This document shows, piece by piece, positions 38,145 through 48,050 of a stretch of 64,000 nucleotides of DNA. The notes under the pieces are model-generated. The model did no database searches, was not told the DNA's origin, and saw nothing but the letters and a program-made list of their open reading frames with translations. How positions within the stretch are numbered: position 1 is the first letter of the stretch; each line of letters starts with the position of its first letter. Source of the stretch: Actinomycetes bacterium (GTDB lineage Bacteria > Actinomycetota > CADDZG01 > JAHWKV01). Position numbers and translations under genes: made by a program. The stretch covers positions 5,340 to 69,339 of the forward strand of contig JAJCYE010000031.1 of the NCBI GenBank assembly GCA_029263075.1, written 5' to 3'.

Positions 38145-39397
38145 TCGATCTTGACGTTCAGGACTCCCCGGGAAATTGGCGACAGTTGTTTGAACGCGGT
38201 GTCGGACAGGTCGATTACCCGCCCGTCGATGTAAGGGCCACGGTCACGGATGGTCACGGTCACCTGTTTGCCGTTGGCCAGGTTGGTCACCCTGACGACG
38301 GTGCCGAACGGCAACGAGCGGTGCGCCGCCATAAGACCCGGCTGGTGGTACCACGAGGCCTTTCCGGTTTGGTTGTGGCTGGCCGCCTTCAGGGCCGGCT
38401 TGAAGGTGCCCACCAGGGTCACCTCGGCCGACGGCTCCCTGACGGTAGTGGCGCCCAGGAAAGTCCGGGACTTGACCTTGCCGTCTTCGTAAAGGATGCG
38501 GTAAGTGCTCTCCCGGATACCCTCGACTCCCGCCTTGGAGACCTTGCGGATTCCCAACTCCAGCGTTGAGCTTTGTTCGGTCTGGCGCGTGAATGCGATC
38601 TTGGAGTGCAGCTTCTCGACCGCCTGGTTCACCCGGACAACTTTGATGGTGGACCCCTCCGACGGGTAGGCGAGGATACTAGGTTCCACCCGGTCGTAGG
38701 GACCCAGGACCACCCCCAACTGGCGCAGCAGCCCACCGGCGGTCAGCACGTTGGTCCGGACCTGCTGGGTGATGCCGTCGTAGGCGACGGTGGCTCCCAC
38801 CGACTGGGCGACCACTATCTCTTCGCCCGGGTCAACCCGGGTTCCCGGGGCCGGGGCAATGAGCGCCCCCCGGGAGACGACCGAAAGCTCCTTCAGGACC
38901 TCGTCGACAGTCCTTCCCGTCACCCGCTCGGTGCGTCGCTCCCCGTTGATGACAACAACCACGTCCTTGGCGCGCAGAACCTCTATCTTTCGGCTTGGCG
39001 TGAGGGGAGCGTCGATGCCGGGCAGGACCTTGTCCGACGGTCCTATTGCCACTCCGGCCCGGCTCAAGGCTTCGCCGACCGTTGGGGCAAACGTCTGAAG
39101 GCTCTGCTCGACATCCCCATCGGCGACGGTCACGACCTTTTGGGAGCCCAGGTAGAGCGCACATCCCGCAGCGAGCACCAGGGCGACCGCCACCCGAATA
39201 ATGCCTCCAAATACCGGATTCGCGGCAGGGACCGTGTTGTACTGCAGCGAAACCAGATCAAAGATCTGGGCGTTGTGGTCGCGCCCTTGTTCAAATTCGG
39301 GCGCGTAATCCCAATCACCAGGCCGGGAGTGTCCGGAGGCGGTCCGAGCGGGGGAAGCGTCAACTCTGCTTGCCAAGACCGTGAACCTAGCAGGCAC
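38138..39397 (-). CDS. DUF348 x3 - G5 - RlpA-like double-psi beta-barrel cell-wall protein (YabE-like, in the rpfB slot)
   Basis: TM helix and three DUF348-like repeats. G5 domain (FTRQTEQSSTLELGIRKVSKAGVEGIRESTYRILYEDGKV). The C-terminus GKASWYHQPGLMAAHRSLPFGTVVRVTNLANGKQVTVTIRDRGPYIDGRVIDLSDTAF matches the RlpA/DPBB signature rather than an Rpf lysozyme-like domain. Confidence 0.85.
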   Translation of the reverse strand: MPARFTVLASRVDASPARTASGHSRPGDWDYAPEFEQGRDHNAQIFDLVSLQYNTVPAANPVFGGIIRVAVALVLAAGCALYLGSQKVVTVADGDVEQSLQTFAPTVGEALSRAGVAIGPSDKVLPGIDAPLTPSRKIEVLRAKDVVVVINGERRTERVTGRTVDEVLKELSVVSRGALIAPAPGTRVDPGEEIVVAQSVGATVAYDGITQQVRTNVLTAGGLLRQLGVVLGPYDRVEPSILAYPSEGSTIKVVRVNQAVEKLHSKIAFTRQTEQSSTLELGIRKVSKAGVEGIRESTYRILYEDGKVKSRTFLGATTVREPSAEVTLVGTFKPALKAASHNQTGKASWYHQPGLMAAHRSLPFGTVVRVTNLANGKQVTVTIRDRGPYIDGRVIDLSDTAFKQLSPISRGVLNVKIEW

Positions 39398-39427
39398 CCG
39401 TACAGTCAGGCAAACCGCAACAAATCT

Positions 39428-40117
39428 CTAACCTTTGGACTTGAGCGATAGCCGTAGCTGAACCTGGGGGCTGCGAAGCTCCTTAAGAGCGTCTGACGCG
39501 ACCCACCGGGCCCCCCTGCACTCCAGCGATGCAATCCTTTCGCCCGCCTCAATAGCGGCCCGGTTGAGACTTTCATTTCGTTTCCCTATCTGTCTCAGAG
39601 CCCAGTTCACCGCCTTGCGCACAAAGTTGCGCCGGTCGCAGGACTGAAGCTCGATCACCGGGAGGAGGGCGATGAACTGCTCGTCGGTTGCCCGCCGGTC
39701 GTGGACCGCAATCCCGGCCATCAGGCTGAAGCCCGCCCGTTTGACGAACTCCTCCTCCCGGCCCGCCCACTCGACGGCTTTGTCGAATCGGTGTTCGGAA
39801 CGGTCAAACAGGTTGCAACAGCAGGCGTCGACAACTTCCCAGGACGCGAATCCGGCCGCCCAGGACTCCATCTGCGCGGGGGTCACCAGCTTGGGGTCGT
39901 CCACCAGAGAGGCGAGGATGCGGGCTTCCCGGACCCCCGAATCCCACAACTCGCCGGCCAGTTGATGGTCCTTGCCTATCCGCTTGGCCAGCGAACGCAG
40001 GTCGGGCATGGGTATGCCCAACGAGGACGAGATGTCGACGCCGAAACGGGCTTGGCCTTCCAGGTTCGACGGGTCGGCCATGTCCCGAAGTTCGGCCATG
40101 GTCCGCTCAAAGGTCAC
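39428..40117 (-). CDS. DNA alkylation repair protein (AlkD/HEAT-repeat family)
   Basis: Length and repeated helical motifs typical of the DNA_alkylation family (LWDSGVREARILAS, RNFVRKAVNWALRQIGK). Confidence 0.75.
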   Translation of the reverse strand: MTFERTMAELRDMADPSNLEGQARFGVDISSSLGIPMPDLRSLAKRIGKDHQLAGELWDSGVREARILASLVDDPKLVTPAQMESWAAGFASWEVVDACCCNLFDRSEHRFDKAVEWAGREEEFVKRAGFSLMAGIAVHDRRATDEQFIALLPVIELQSCDRRNFVRKAVNWALRQIGKRNESLNRAAIEAGERIASLECRGARWVASDALKELRSPQVQLRLSLKSKG

Positions 40118-40191
40118 AGGCCAAATATTAGGCGCGGACGGGGGCTAATCTGGAAGGTAACAGCGGCGCGCGACGAAAAGGAGGCAGCACG

Positions 40192-40578
40192 GTGCTTAGC
40201 GAGGAACAGAAGGAGTTTTTCCGGAAACCGAACTTCGGGCACCTAGCCACACTGGAACCGGACGGCGCCCCTCAGGTGACCCCGGTCTGGATCGACGTCG
40301 ACGACAACCACATCCTTATCAATACGGCCAAGGGCCGCAAAAAGGTACGCAATGTCGAAAGAGATCCCCGGGTATCGGTGGAAGTTGTCGAGCAGGAAAA
40401 CCCGTACAGCATGCTCAGCGTGCAAGGAAAGGTGGTGGGCATGACCACCGAAGGCGCCGACGAGCACATCGACGCGATGGCGAAAAAGTACCTCGGGCAA
40501 GACTCCTACCCATTCCGCAAGCCGGGCGAAGAACGGATCATCCTCCACATCCAGCCGGAGAAGGTGATCGCTCCCTAA
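40192..40578 (+). CDS. pyridoxamine 5'-phosphate oxidase family (PPOX-class, probably F420-dependent) protein
   Basis: FGHLATLEPDGAPQVTPVWID...NTAKGRKKVRNVERDPRVSV split-barrel signature. Confidence 0.82.
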   Translation: MLSEEQKEFFRKPNFGHLATLEPDGAPQVTPVWIDVDDNHILINTAKGRKKVRNVERDPRVSVEVVEQENPYSMLSVQGKVVGMTTEGADEHIDAMAKKYLGQDSYPFRKPGEERIILHIQPEKVIAP

Positions 40579-40591
40579 AAGGTCGCCGAGG

Positions 40592-41026
40592 CTACGGCTT
40601 TGGGGTCAATATCACCACCGGAATCTCCCGGTCGGTCTTGGTTTCGTAGCCTGTGTACCCCGAGTAGGAGGCCACCAACTTGGGCCACATACGCTCCCTC
40701 TCTTCGGGGGTCGCTTTTCGTGCGGTGACCTTGAGCTTCTCGCCCCCAACCTGGATCTCGGCGTCGGGGTTGGATTTTAGGTTCAGCCACCAGGCGGGAA
40801 AGAAGTCTTTGCCGGCGTTGGAGGCCGCCAGTAGGTAGTCGTCGCCGTCCCTCACGTAGCCCAGAGGTTTGGTGCGGCTCTTGCCGCTCTTGCGGCCGGT
40901 GGTGGTCAACAGCAACACCGTGAGCCCACCCATCCGCCCGGCCACCTTCCCGCCGGTGCCCTGGTATATAGCGACATGGAGACTCGTTATTACCTTGGAG
41001 AACGAGTTGAACGCAGTTCTATTCAT
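40592..41026 (-). CDS. deazaflavin (F420H2)-dependent nitroreductase family protein (Ddn-like)
   Basis: LLLTTTGRKSGKSRTKPLGYVRDGDDYLLAASNAGKDFFPAWWLNLKSNP is the hallmark of the Ddn/FDOR-A family. Confidence 0.85.
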   Translation of the reverse strand: MNRTAFNSFSKVITSLHVAIYQGTGGKVAGRMGGLTVLLLTTTGRKSGKSRTKPLGYVRDGDDYLLAASNAGKDFFPAWWLNLKSNPDAEIQVGGEKLKVTARKATPEERERMWPKLVASYSGYTGYETKTDREIPVVILTPKP

Positions 41027-41199
41027 GTTTCACCCCCGGTTTGCCTGCCAACCAAAGTTTAGTGCCCGGCGGGACCAGGGGGTAGCCGAAGGGGTAAATT
41101 GACTCTCGCAAAGACCCAGCCAAAGGGAGCGAACAGATCAACACCGAGGACGCACTCAACAAACTGCTGAAGGAGCCGACCGTCAAGACGACGGACGAG

Positions 41200-41856
41200 G
41201 TGCTGGAACGCATGCGACTCATCGACCAAACCCTGCCCGCCCATGACGGGGTGGCCTGGTTCAACAAGATGTACTTGAAGGTGACCGAGAGCGTGCTTGA
41301 AGCTGTCGGCGAGGGGTTCTTCGGTAACCCGGACCTGATGTCACACATGGACATCGTGTTCGCCAACCTCTACTTCCGAGCCCTCTACGACGACATCCAC
41401 CACCCGGACCGGGTTCCGCGGGCCTGGCGCCCGCTGTTCGGCTGCCGGTCGCGCAGTGGCATCGCTCCGATTCAGTTCGCGGTCGCCGGCATGAACGCCC
41501 ATATCAATCGGGACCTGGCGCTGGCCGTCGTCCAAAGTTGCCGGGATCAAAAATGCTCTCCCACTTCCCGGGTCAAAAAGGACTTCGATCTGGTGAATCC
41601 GATTCTGCAGAGCGCCCAGGAGGAGATTAAGGTCTGGTTTGCAACCGGCTTCGTCGGCCTGCTGGACAGTGCTTTTGGGCGCCTCGACGACGTGATGGCC
41701 AACTGGAGCATCGTCAGGGCTCGGGACGCAGGTTGGATCAACAGCCTTATGTTGTGGGAGATCCGCGATAAGAGCCTGCTTCGCGGCGCATTCCTCACCA
41801 ACCTGGACCACACGGTTGGATTCGCCGGACGGGGCCTGCTGATACCCACCGCCTAA
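41200..41856 (+). CDS. DUF5995-like hypothetical protein
   Basis: VAWFNKMYLKVTESV...FANLYFRAL...AGMNAHINRDLALAV resembles the DUF5995 family. GTG start at 41200, or ATG at 41212. Confidence 0.65.
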   Translation: MLERMRLIDQTLPAHDGVAWFNKMYLKVTESVLEAVGEGFFGNPDLMSHMDIVFANLYFRALYDDIHHPDRVPRAWRPLFGCRSRSGIAPIQFAVAGMNAHINRDLALAVVQSCRDQKCSPTSRVKKDFDLVNPILQSAQEEIKVWFATGFVGLLDSAFGRLDDVMANWSIVRARDAGWINSLMLWEIRDKSLLRGAFLTNLDHTVGFAGRGLLIPTA

Positions 41857-41902
41857 GACCGAACCGGCCCGGCTCGTTGCCGAGCATCTATAGACTTCCG
41901 GG

Positions 41903-42988
41903 GTGAACTGGTTGCGGCTCAACAGGCTCGCCGTCTGCATCTTTTTGGTCCTAGCGGCGTGCGGAGCAAGCCCGCCGGCGGACGACGCGCCCACGATCGA
42001 CTACCGCCAGTTCGAGATCCCCCAGCGGGTGGGGACCGGGTTGATCGACGGCGTCACGCCGGACGGCTCGGCCGTTTACATCGAAGACCCTGACCCGGCG
42101 TTTCCCGAACCGGGGTGTGAAGGCCAGCCCGAATCCGTGATGTTCGTCCAGCCACTGGACGGCGGGCAACGCAAGCTCGCCGGGGAAATCGGCGTACCAC
42201 TGAAGGGCAGGCTGGTGCGGGGCGGATCCGGCGGCCGGGTGGCGGTGGTAGCGGCTTGTGAGTCCTTTTTTACCGACCTGTTCATCGCCTCCGAGCTGCC
42301 GGACGGCGCCCTTTCCAAGGTCGAAAGAGTCAAACCCGCGGTCCCCGATGCCTTCCTGCTCAACGCTTCGACGGTGACCTGGACGAGCGACGGCAACAAG
42401 CTTCTGGCCGCCGTCCAACACGTCGACGCCCCGGACGGGGACCCGGCGCAGATCGTCGCCATCGATCCCGGGACGGGCGGGCTCACCAAACTCTTCGACG
42501 TAGAACAGGGCACCGGCGTATTCGGCGTGGGGCAGATGGACCGCAACGAGTACGTGGTCGCCACAAACCTGGTGGTTTCTTTCCGCCGGTCCGACGGTAC
42601 GGTCGGGGCAGGCTTTCAGGGCCAGGGTTTCGACATCTCGCCAGACCGGCGCCGGCTGGTCGTCTTCGGCAAACAACTCCGCCTGGTTGCCCAAGGAGAT
42701 GACGTCGCCACCTCCCTTGTCGAGGAGAAGCCGGGTCACGAGATCTCAGCCGCGCGGTTCTCACCCGATGGCAAAGCCGTGGTCTTCGAGCGTTATTCGC
42801 TGGGCACCGGCCGGACGGAGATCAGCGTGGTTTCGCTCTCCGACAAGACCTTGACCAATATCGTCACCGGGGGCCGGTACGGCTCCGCCCTTTTCACCGG
42901 CGACGGCAGGGCGCTGGTCTTCAACATGTTCGGCAGCCAAACCGACGCCGCCACCAGGGCGTACGTGGTGAGATTCGGGGCATCCTGA
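41903..42988 (+). CDS. lipoprotein with TolB/PD40-like beta-propeller repeats
   Basis: Lipobox VLAACGAS. Repeated ...SPDG..(V/L)(V/A)F... blades (FSPDGKAVVFER, DISPDRRRLVVF, TGDGRALVFN). Confidence 0.7.
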   Translation: MNWLRLNRLAVCIFLVLAACGASPPADDAPTIDYRQFEIPQRVGTGLIDGVTPDGSAVYIEDPDPAFPEPGCEGQPESVMFVQPLDGGQRKLAGEIGVPLKGRLVRGGSGGRVAVVAACESFFTDLFIASELPDGALSKVERVKPAVPDAFLLNASTVTWTSDGNKLLAAVQHVDAPDGDPAQIVAIDPGTGGLTKLFDVEQGTGVFGVGQMDRNEYVVATNLVVSFRRSDGTVGAGFQGQGFDISPDRRRLVVFGKQLRLVAQGDDVATSLVEEKPGHEISAARFSPDGKAVVFERYSLGTGRTEISVVSLSDKTLTNIVTGGRYGSALFTGDGRALVFNMFGSQTDAATRAYVVRFGAS

Positions 42989-43074
42989 AGCCGGGGTGGT
43001 CCATTCCCGCTCCTGGAAAGTGCGATCTTCATCGGGGATAGTGGATTCAGATCAAGCATTCAACGGGAGGTCAG

Positions 43075-43407
43075 GTGACCGAGTCCTACTTGCAGGTAAC
43101 CACAACCACCGAGTCCCAGGACCACGCCCGCGCGCTTGCCCGTCAGATCGTCGAGGCACGTCTGGCCGCATGCGTCCAGGTCATGGGTCCGATCCAGAGC
43201 ACCTACTGGTGGAACAACGATGTGGAGATCACCCAGGAGTGGATGTGCCTGATGAAGACCACCGCCTCAACCTACCCGGCCCTGGAATCTTTCATCCGAA
43301 AAAAGCACACCTACGAGACCCCGGAGATCACCGCGTCGGAGATTGCCATGGGGAGCAGCGAGTACCTGGAGTGGATTGGCAAACAGACGGGCAGTTCCGC
43401 CGGCTGA
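43075..43407 (+). CDS. cutA: divalent-cation tolerance protein CutA
   Basis: ARLAACVQV.GPIQSTYWW...E..L..KT and HTYETPEI motifs. Confidence 0.88.
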   Translation: MTESYLQVTTTTESQDHARALARQIVEARLAACVQVMGPIQSTYWWNNDVEITQEWMCLMKTTASTYPALESFIRKKHTYETPEITASEIAMGSSEYLEWIGKQTGSSAG

Positions 43408-43411
43408 CCCG

Positions 43412-43633
43412 TTACTGCCTCTTCTTGCGGTCAACCTCCCGGGCAAGCTCCTGCTTGTTCATGTCCGACCGTCCGTGGACGCCCAGGGATTTGGCTTCTT
43501 CATAAAGCTGCTCGAGGCTCCGGCGCTTGATTGCCTTCAGTCCGCCCCGGCGCCGGGTGGCCGGGTCGTAGTCGAACACCGCGGGGTTCCCCTTCCCCTT
43601 CTTCGTCAGGTAGCGAACTTTTTCTACCGGCAT
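43412..43633 (-). CDS. small basic protein with C-terminal Rho_N/SAP-like helix-extended-helix motif
   Basis: ATG 43633 is preceded by GGAGGAGG, and the longer ORF up to 43726 lacks an SD. The C-terminus SLEQLYEEAKSLGVHGRSDMNKQELAREV resembles the Rho N-terminal/HeH motif. Confidence 0.6.
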   Translation of the reverse strand: MPVEKVRYLTKKGKGNPAVFDYDPATRRRGGLKAIKRRSLEQLYEEAKSLGVHGRSDMNKQELAREVDRKKRQ

Positions 43634-43782
43634 GACCCCTCCTCCGGGCGCTTCGCCAATGCTCATACTTCCCTCCGCCGCCACGCTTATGGAAGTATTC
43701 AGGTCTTCATACAAGGGTAGGCCCAAACCGGCCCGGACGGTAGTAGGGATCGCCGCGAGGGCCCGAACCGGGGAGGCGTCGG

Positions 43783-44700
43783 ATGATCCGAAGCGAACAC
43801 GAGAAGTACCTGGTTGAAGAGGTAGGGATCGACTGTGCCGACGGGCTGATCAGCCGCCGCGAGGCCCTGAGGCGCCTGGCCCTCATGGGCGTGGGAGCCG
43901 CGGCGGCCTCCAGTCTTCTGGCAGCATGCGCCAACGACGTTGCCGAACGTCCAGAGGCGTCGGCAAGCCCGACCACCGTTGGGACGGCGCCCACCACAAC
44001 CCCCGACCCCACCACCGGAGCGCTTGCCAGCGAGACCATCGAGTTCACCGGTCCCAACGGCAAACTGTTCGCCGGTTACGCGGCCGCTGAGGACGCCAAA
44101 GGCGCGGTGCTTGTTATTCACGAAAACCGCGGGCTGAAAGAGCATTTCAACAACGTCGCAGGCAGGTTGGCCCGGGACGGGTACTCGGCCCTCGCCCTCG
44201 ACCTGCTCTCCGAGGAGGGCGGGACCGCAGCGCTCAACGACGACGCCCAAGCCATGGCCGCCCTCGGGGCGGCCCCTCCGGCCCGCTTCGTGGCCGACAT
44301 GAAGGCCGGGCTGGACGAACTCGAGAGGAGAAACCCGGACGCCGGCCTGGGCATCATTGGATTTTGTTTCGGCGGGGGCCAGGTCTGGAGCATGCTGCAG
44401 GACGGCGACGAAAGACTCGCCGCGGCTGCCCCGTTCTACGGCACCCCACCTGAACCGGCCGACTTCTCCAAATCGAAGGCCGCGGTGTTGGCCGTCTACG
44501 GAGCTTTGGACGCCCGGGTGGGAGCCACCCGCCAAGCCGCCCAAGACGCGGTCGACAAGGCCGGTCTGGCCAACAAGTTCTTGGTGTACGAAGGTGCCGA
44601 CCACGCCTTTTTTAACGACACCGGCGCCCGCTACAACCCCGAGGCGGCCGGGAACGTGTACCAGGAGCTCTTGGAGTGGTTCGGCCAACATCTGACCTGA
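43783..44700 (+). CDS. Tat-exported dienelactone hydrolase family protein
   Basis: Twin-arginine signal SRREALRRLALMGVGAAAAS followed by LLAAC. DLH core (VLVIHENRGL, GIIGFCFGGG, GADHAFFND). Confidence 0.85.
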   Translation: MIRSEHEKYLVEEVGIDCADGLISRREALRRLALMGVGAAAASSLLAACANDVAERPEASASPTTVGTAPTTTPDPTTGALASETIEFTGPNGKLFAGYAAAEDAKGAVLVIHENRGLKEHFNNVAGRLARDGYSALALDLLSEEGGTAALNDDAQAMAALGAAPPARFVADMKAGLDELERRNPDAGLGIIGFCFGGGQVWSMLQDGDERLAAAAPFYGTPPEPADFSKSKAAVLAVYGALDARVGATRQAAQDAVDKAGLANKFLVYEGADHAFFNDTGARYNPEAAGNVYQELLEWFGQHLT

Positions 44701-44824
44701 TCAATAGCTCTTAACTCGGCTCTCACGGGAGCCTCACCCGATTCTCAGGGTGCCCTCATGTAATAGGAGAGGTGTCCGGACCCCCTGTGCACCGAATCGG
44801 GCACGATGCCAAGCTAGAAGGCAA

Positions 44825-45496
44825 ATGAGAATACTGGTAGTCGACGACGAACCCGCGGTACGCGACGCGGTTCAGCGCGCCCTGAAGCTGGAGAGCTACC
44901 AGGTGGAAACCGCCTCCGACGGGGCCGAAGCCCTCAAGTCGTTGACGGTTTCTTCGCCGGACTTGATGATCCTTGACCTCCTGATGCCCCGGATCGACGG
45001 CCTGGAGGTTTGCCGCCGGCTACGGGCCGCGGGCGACTCCACGCCGGTTCTCATGCTGACCGCGCGAGACTCGGTGGCCAACCGGGTAGAGGGCCTGGAT
45101 GCCGGCGCCGACGACTACCTGGTCAAACCGTTCGCCCTCGACGAACTGCTGGCTCGGGTGCGGGCTCTGCTCAGGCGGAGTTCACCGGAAGGCCAGGAGA
45201 TGTTGCGGTTTTCCGACCTGTCGATGGACAGCGTCTCCCGGGAGGTCAAACGAGGTAGCCGTCCCATTGAGTTGACCCGTACCGAGTTCCTGCTCCTTGA
45301 ACTGTTCCTCAACAACCCCCGCAGGGTCCTTACCCGGGAGATCATTTTGGACCGGGTGTGGGGTTTCGACTTCGGGCCCGAATCCAATTCGCTTGAGGTG
45401 TACATCGGTTACCTACGCAAAAAGATGGAGGCGCAGGGTGAACCCCGCCTCATCCACACCATTCGCGGAGTGGGCTACGTTCTTAGGGAACAGTGA
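44825..45496 (+). CDS. OmpR/PhoB-family response regulator
   Basis: [10 protein letters not shown]...[12 protein letters not shown] receiver domain and winged-helix [12 protein letters not shown]...[11 protein letters not shown]. The ATG at 44825 was chosen over the longer ORF. Confidence 0.93.
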   Translation: MRILVVDDEPAVRDAVQRALKLESYQVETASDGAEALKSLTVSSPDLMILDLLMPRIDGLEVCRRLRAAGDSTPVLMLTARDSVANRVEGLDAGADDYLVKPFALDELLARVRALLRRSSPEGQEMLRFSDLSMDSVSREVKRGSRPIELTRTEFLLLELFLNNPRRVLTREIILDRVWGFDFGPESNSLEVYIGYLRKKMEAQGEPRLIHTIRGVGYVLREQ

Positions 45497-46854
45497 GTTT
45501 TCGCAACCGTTTGATCCTCTCTGCCGCTCTGGCGGTGGCCATCGCCGTGGCGCTCTCTTCGGTGATCGTCTACTTCGCCGTACGCCGCCAACTCCTCGAC
45601 CAGGTGGACACGGCACTGTTTCAACGGGCCGAGTACCTGCAGGGCATTCAAGGTTCGCACTACGTCCCCCCTCCCCTAGGAGCAGCCGGGGGCTATGCGC
45701 AGATCGTCACCGCCCGGGGCGGAGTCGTTAGGAACACAGACGAGTCGATAACCATTCCCGCCACCACCGAGGCCCGGCTGGTTGCAGCCGGAGAGATGGA
45801 AACCTTCTTCAGCGACATGATCGCCAGCGGCACCCGCGTCCGGGTGATCACGGCCCCGTTGGCGGAAGGACTGGCGTTGATGGTGGTCCGGCCGCTCGAC
45901 GAGGTGGACCTCATCTTGAAACGGCTTGGCCTGCTGCTCAGCCTGATCGCAGCCAGCGGAGTAGCCCTGGCCGCCGGCCTGGGTCGCATGGTGGCCCAGG
46001 CGGCGCTGGTACCGGTACATCGCCTAACCGAAGGCGCCGAGCGGGTTGCCGCTGCAGGTTCCCCCTCTCACCGCATCGAGGTGGGGGGAAACGACGAAAT
46101 CGGCAGGCTGGCCACCAGCTTCAACTCTATGCTCGAGGCTCTGGAAGAATCCCTGAACTCTCAACGCCAGCTTGTTGCGGATGCTTCACACGAACTCCGG
46201 ACCCCCCTGACCAGCTTGAGGACGAATATCGAGGTACTGGCCAGGGCCGACCGGCTTCCCGATGAGGAACGCAAGGAGCTTTTGAGCGACCTGAACGTCC
46301 AGATCCAGGAATTCACCGTACTGGTCGGGGACCTGGTCGACCTCGCCCGGGGCGACGAACCCGAAGTAGGCGAAGAAGAGATCCGGCTGGACCTGCTTGT
46401 AGAACGGGCGGTCCAGCGCATTCGTACCCACTGGACCCAGGTTCAGTTCACCGTCGACCTCAAGCCCAGCTTGGTGAGGGGAGCGCCGTCCCGGCTGGAC
46501 CGGGCAGTGGCCAATCTGCTTGACAACGCCGGCAAGTGGAGCCCGCCGGGCAGCACCGTGGACGTGAAGGTAACGGGCGGTGAGTTGACGGTACGCGACC
46601 GGGGGCCGGGCATCGACGAGGCCGACCGGCCCCATATCTTCGACCGCTTTTATCGCGCTTCCGAGGCCCGCGCCATGCCCGGTTCGGGCCTGGGGCTGTC
46701 GATCGTAAAACGGGTGGTCCAAGCGCACCGGGGAACGGTCGTCGCGGAGGCTGCGGAAGGCGGAGGATCCCTATTCCGGTTGACCCTTCCGCTGCTCCCC
46801 TTCACACCGCCTCCCACCGGCACCGAGCCGTCCCCGGAGGGCAACCAGGAGTAA
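45493..46854 (+). CDS. sensor histidine kinase (HAMP-HisKA-HATPase)
   Basis: GTGA overlap with the regulator stop. Two TM segments, HAMP domain, H-box [13 protein letters not shown]-box [10 protein letters not shown]-boxes DRGPGI and GSGLGLSIV. Confidence 0.93.
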   Translation: MSFRNRLILSAALAVAIAVALSSVIVYFAVRRQLLDQVDTALFQRAEYLQGIQGSHYVPPPLGAAGGYAQIVTARGGVVRNTDESITIPATTEARLVAAGEMETFFSDMIASGTRVRVITAPLAEGLALMVVRPLDEVDLILKRLGLLLSLIAASGVALAAGLGRMVAQAALVPVHRLTEGAERVAAAGSPSHRIEVGGNDEIGRLATSFNSMLEALEESLNSQRQLVADASHELRTPLTSLRTNIEVLARADRLPDEERKELLSDLNVQIQEFTVLVGDLVDLARGDEPEVGEEEIRLDLLVERAVQRIRTHWTQVQFTVDLKPSLVRGAPSRLDRAVANLLDNAGKWSPPGSTVDVKVTGGELTVRDRGPGIDEADRPHIFDRFYRASEARAMPGSGLGLSIVKRVVQAHRGTVVAEAAEGGGSLFRLTLPLLPFTPPPTGTEPSPEGNQE

Positions 46855-46994
46855 CCGGGAACGCTTCGGCCGGTGAATCCGAGGGGTCCGCGACCATTCT
46901 CACTTTGTTCTTAACCTGACCTCAGAGAGCCTTCACACTGACTCGGTTACCTGATTGCAGGCTGCAACCGGCAGTGTTTCCTGGAGGACTTTTC

Positions 46995-47276
46995 ATGCGT
47001 GGCTACCCGCAGCACTACATCGGACCCAGATTTTTCGGCGGCGGCCTTGGGATGTTGTGCTTCTTGCTGATCATCGGACTCCTGGTCTACTTGGTGGTTA
47101 CGAACCGGCGCGACCGGAGCACCGGCGCGACCGAACAGACCCCGGCCGCCCCGGAGACCCCGGAGACCCCGGTCACCCCGGCAGCCCAGACGCCTGCCGA
47201 CATCGTCCGGATGCGTTACGCCCGCGGAGAGATCACCCGCGAAGAGTTCGAGACGATGCGCAAGGATCTTGAGTGA
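46995..47276 (+). CDS. SHOCT-domain small membrane protein
   Basis: ATG 46995 with GGAGGA 6 nt upstream. TM helix LGMLCFLLIIGLLVYLVV. C-terminal RMRYARGEITREEFETMRKDL SHOCT motif. Confidence 0.75.
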   Translation: MRGYPQHYIGPRFFGGGLGMLCFLLIIGLLVYLVVTNRRDRSTGATEQTPAAPETPETPVTPAAQTPADIVRMRYARGEITREEFETMRKDLE

Positions 47277-47983
47277 AGCCAGCCCGCGGTAAGGCCCTGG
47301 CGGGGGCGGCTGTCCTGGTCTCGGTTGCAGGTTTCGGAGCGGCCTACCTGGTTTTGTTTAGCCCCAGTTCCCCGGCACCGGTCTCGTTGGAAGCCCCGCG
47401 CGACTCGGCGCCCGCCGCCGCCCAGATGGAGGAGATCGACCCCGCAGGGCGTTGGGTCGTCCGCGACGGGTCGGAAGCGGGATACCGGGTCCGCGAGAAG
47501 CTGGCTCTCCTCCCGGCGCCCAGCGACGCAGTCGGCCGATCCCGGATGGTTACCGGGGGATTTTTGGTCTCAGGCAACAACGGCGGCCACACCATCTCCA
47601 ACCTGGAGGTCGACGTCGACATGACCGCCCTCACCAGCGACAGCCCACGCAGGGACGACACCCTGCGACACCGGGGCCTGGAGACGGACCGATACCCCAG
47701 GGCCTACTTCAGGACCCCGGGACCCATCGAGCTTCCGGCGAGCCTGCCAACCGGCCGCTCATCCAACTTTATGGTGGAGGGCTCCCTCACCATCCACGGC
47801 GTGACCAGACAGGTTTCGATTCCCGTTGAGGCGCGGCTGAACGACCAGACGCTGGAGGTTGTCGGTTCATTGATCATGCACATGGCCGATTTCGGGATCG
47901 AACCTCCGAACGTTGCCAACATAGTTTCCGTCGAGCCGACAGGCACCCTGGAGTTCAGCCTGCTGCTCGAGAAGGCGGCCTGA
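47273..47983 (+). CDS. YceI-family (polyisoprenoid-binding-like) secreted protein
   Basis: GTGA overlap with the SHOCT gene. GSEAGYRVREK...D.R......L.....P.A.F....I....G.LT.HGVT..V YceI pattern (EGSLTIHGVTRQVSIPVEA). Confidence 0.8.
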   Translation: MKPARGKALAGAAVLVSVAGFGAAYLVLFSPSSPAPVSLEAPRDSAPAAAQMEEIDPAGRWVVRDGSEAGYRVREKLALLPAPSDAVGRSRMVTGGFLVSGNNGGHTISNLEVDVDMTALTSDSPRRDDTLRHRGLETDRYPRAYFRTPGPIELPASLPTGRSSNFMVEGSLTIHGVTRQVSIPVEARLNDQTLEVVGSLIMHMADFGIEPPNVANIVSVEPTGTLEFSLLLEKAA

Positions 47984-47997
47984 CCGCCGAGCCAAGG

Positions 47998-48040
47998 TCC
48001 CCTGGGTTCGTTTTCCTCCCCCCTTGACGGACCCAGGGGA
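47998..48040. terminator. 10-bp perfect inverted repeat between convergent genes (possible bidirectional terminator)
   Basis: TCCCCTGGGT (47998-48007) and ACCCAGGGGA (48031-48040). The 23-nt loop is long for an intrinsic terminator, and no clean U-tract is present. Confidence 0.3.
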
Positions 48041-48050
48041 GTTTCACCCG

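Noticed and set aside
41019-41366. 115-aa minus-strand ORF spanning the Ddn / DUF5995 intergenic region
   Set aside because: It has no SD or motif and overlaps the DUF5995-like gene start in antisense. It is probably a chance ORF in a divergent promoter region.
43699-44691. 330-aa ORF on the minus strand
   Set aside because: It is antisense to the Tat-exported dienelactone hydrolase gene and has no motifs.
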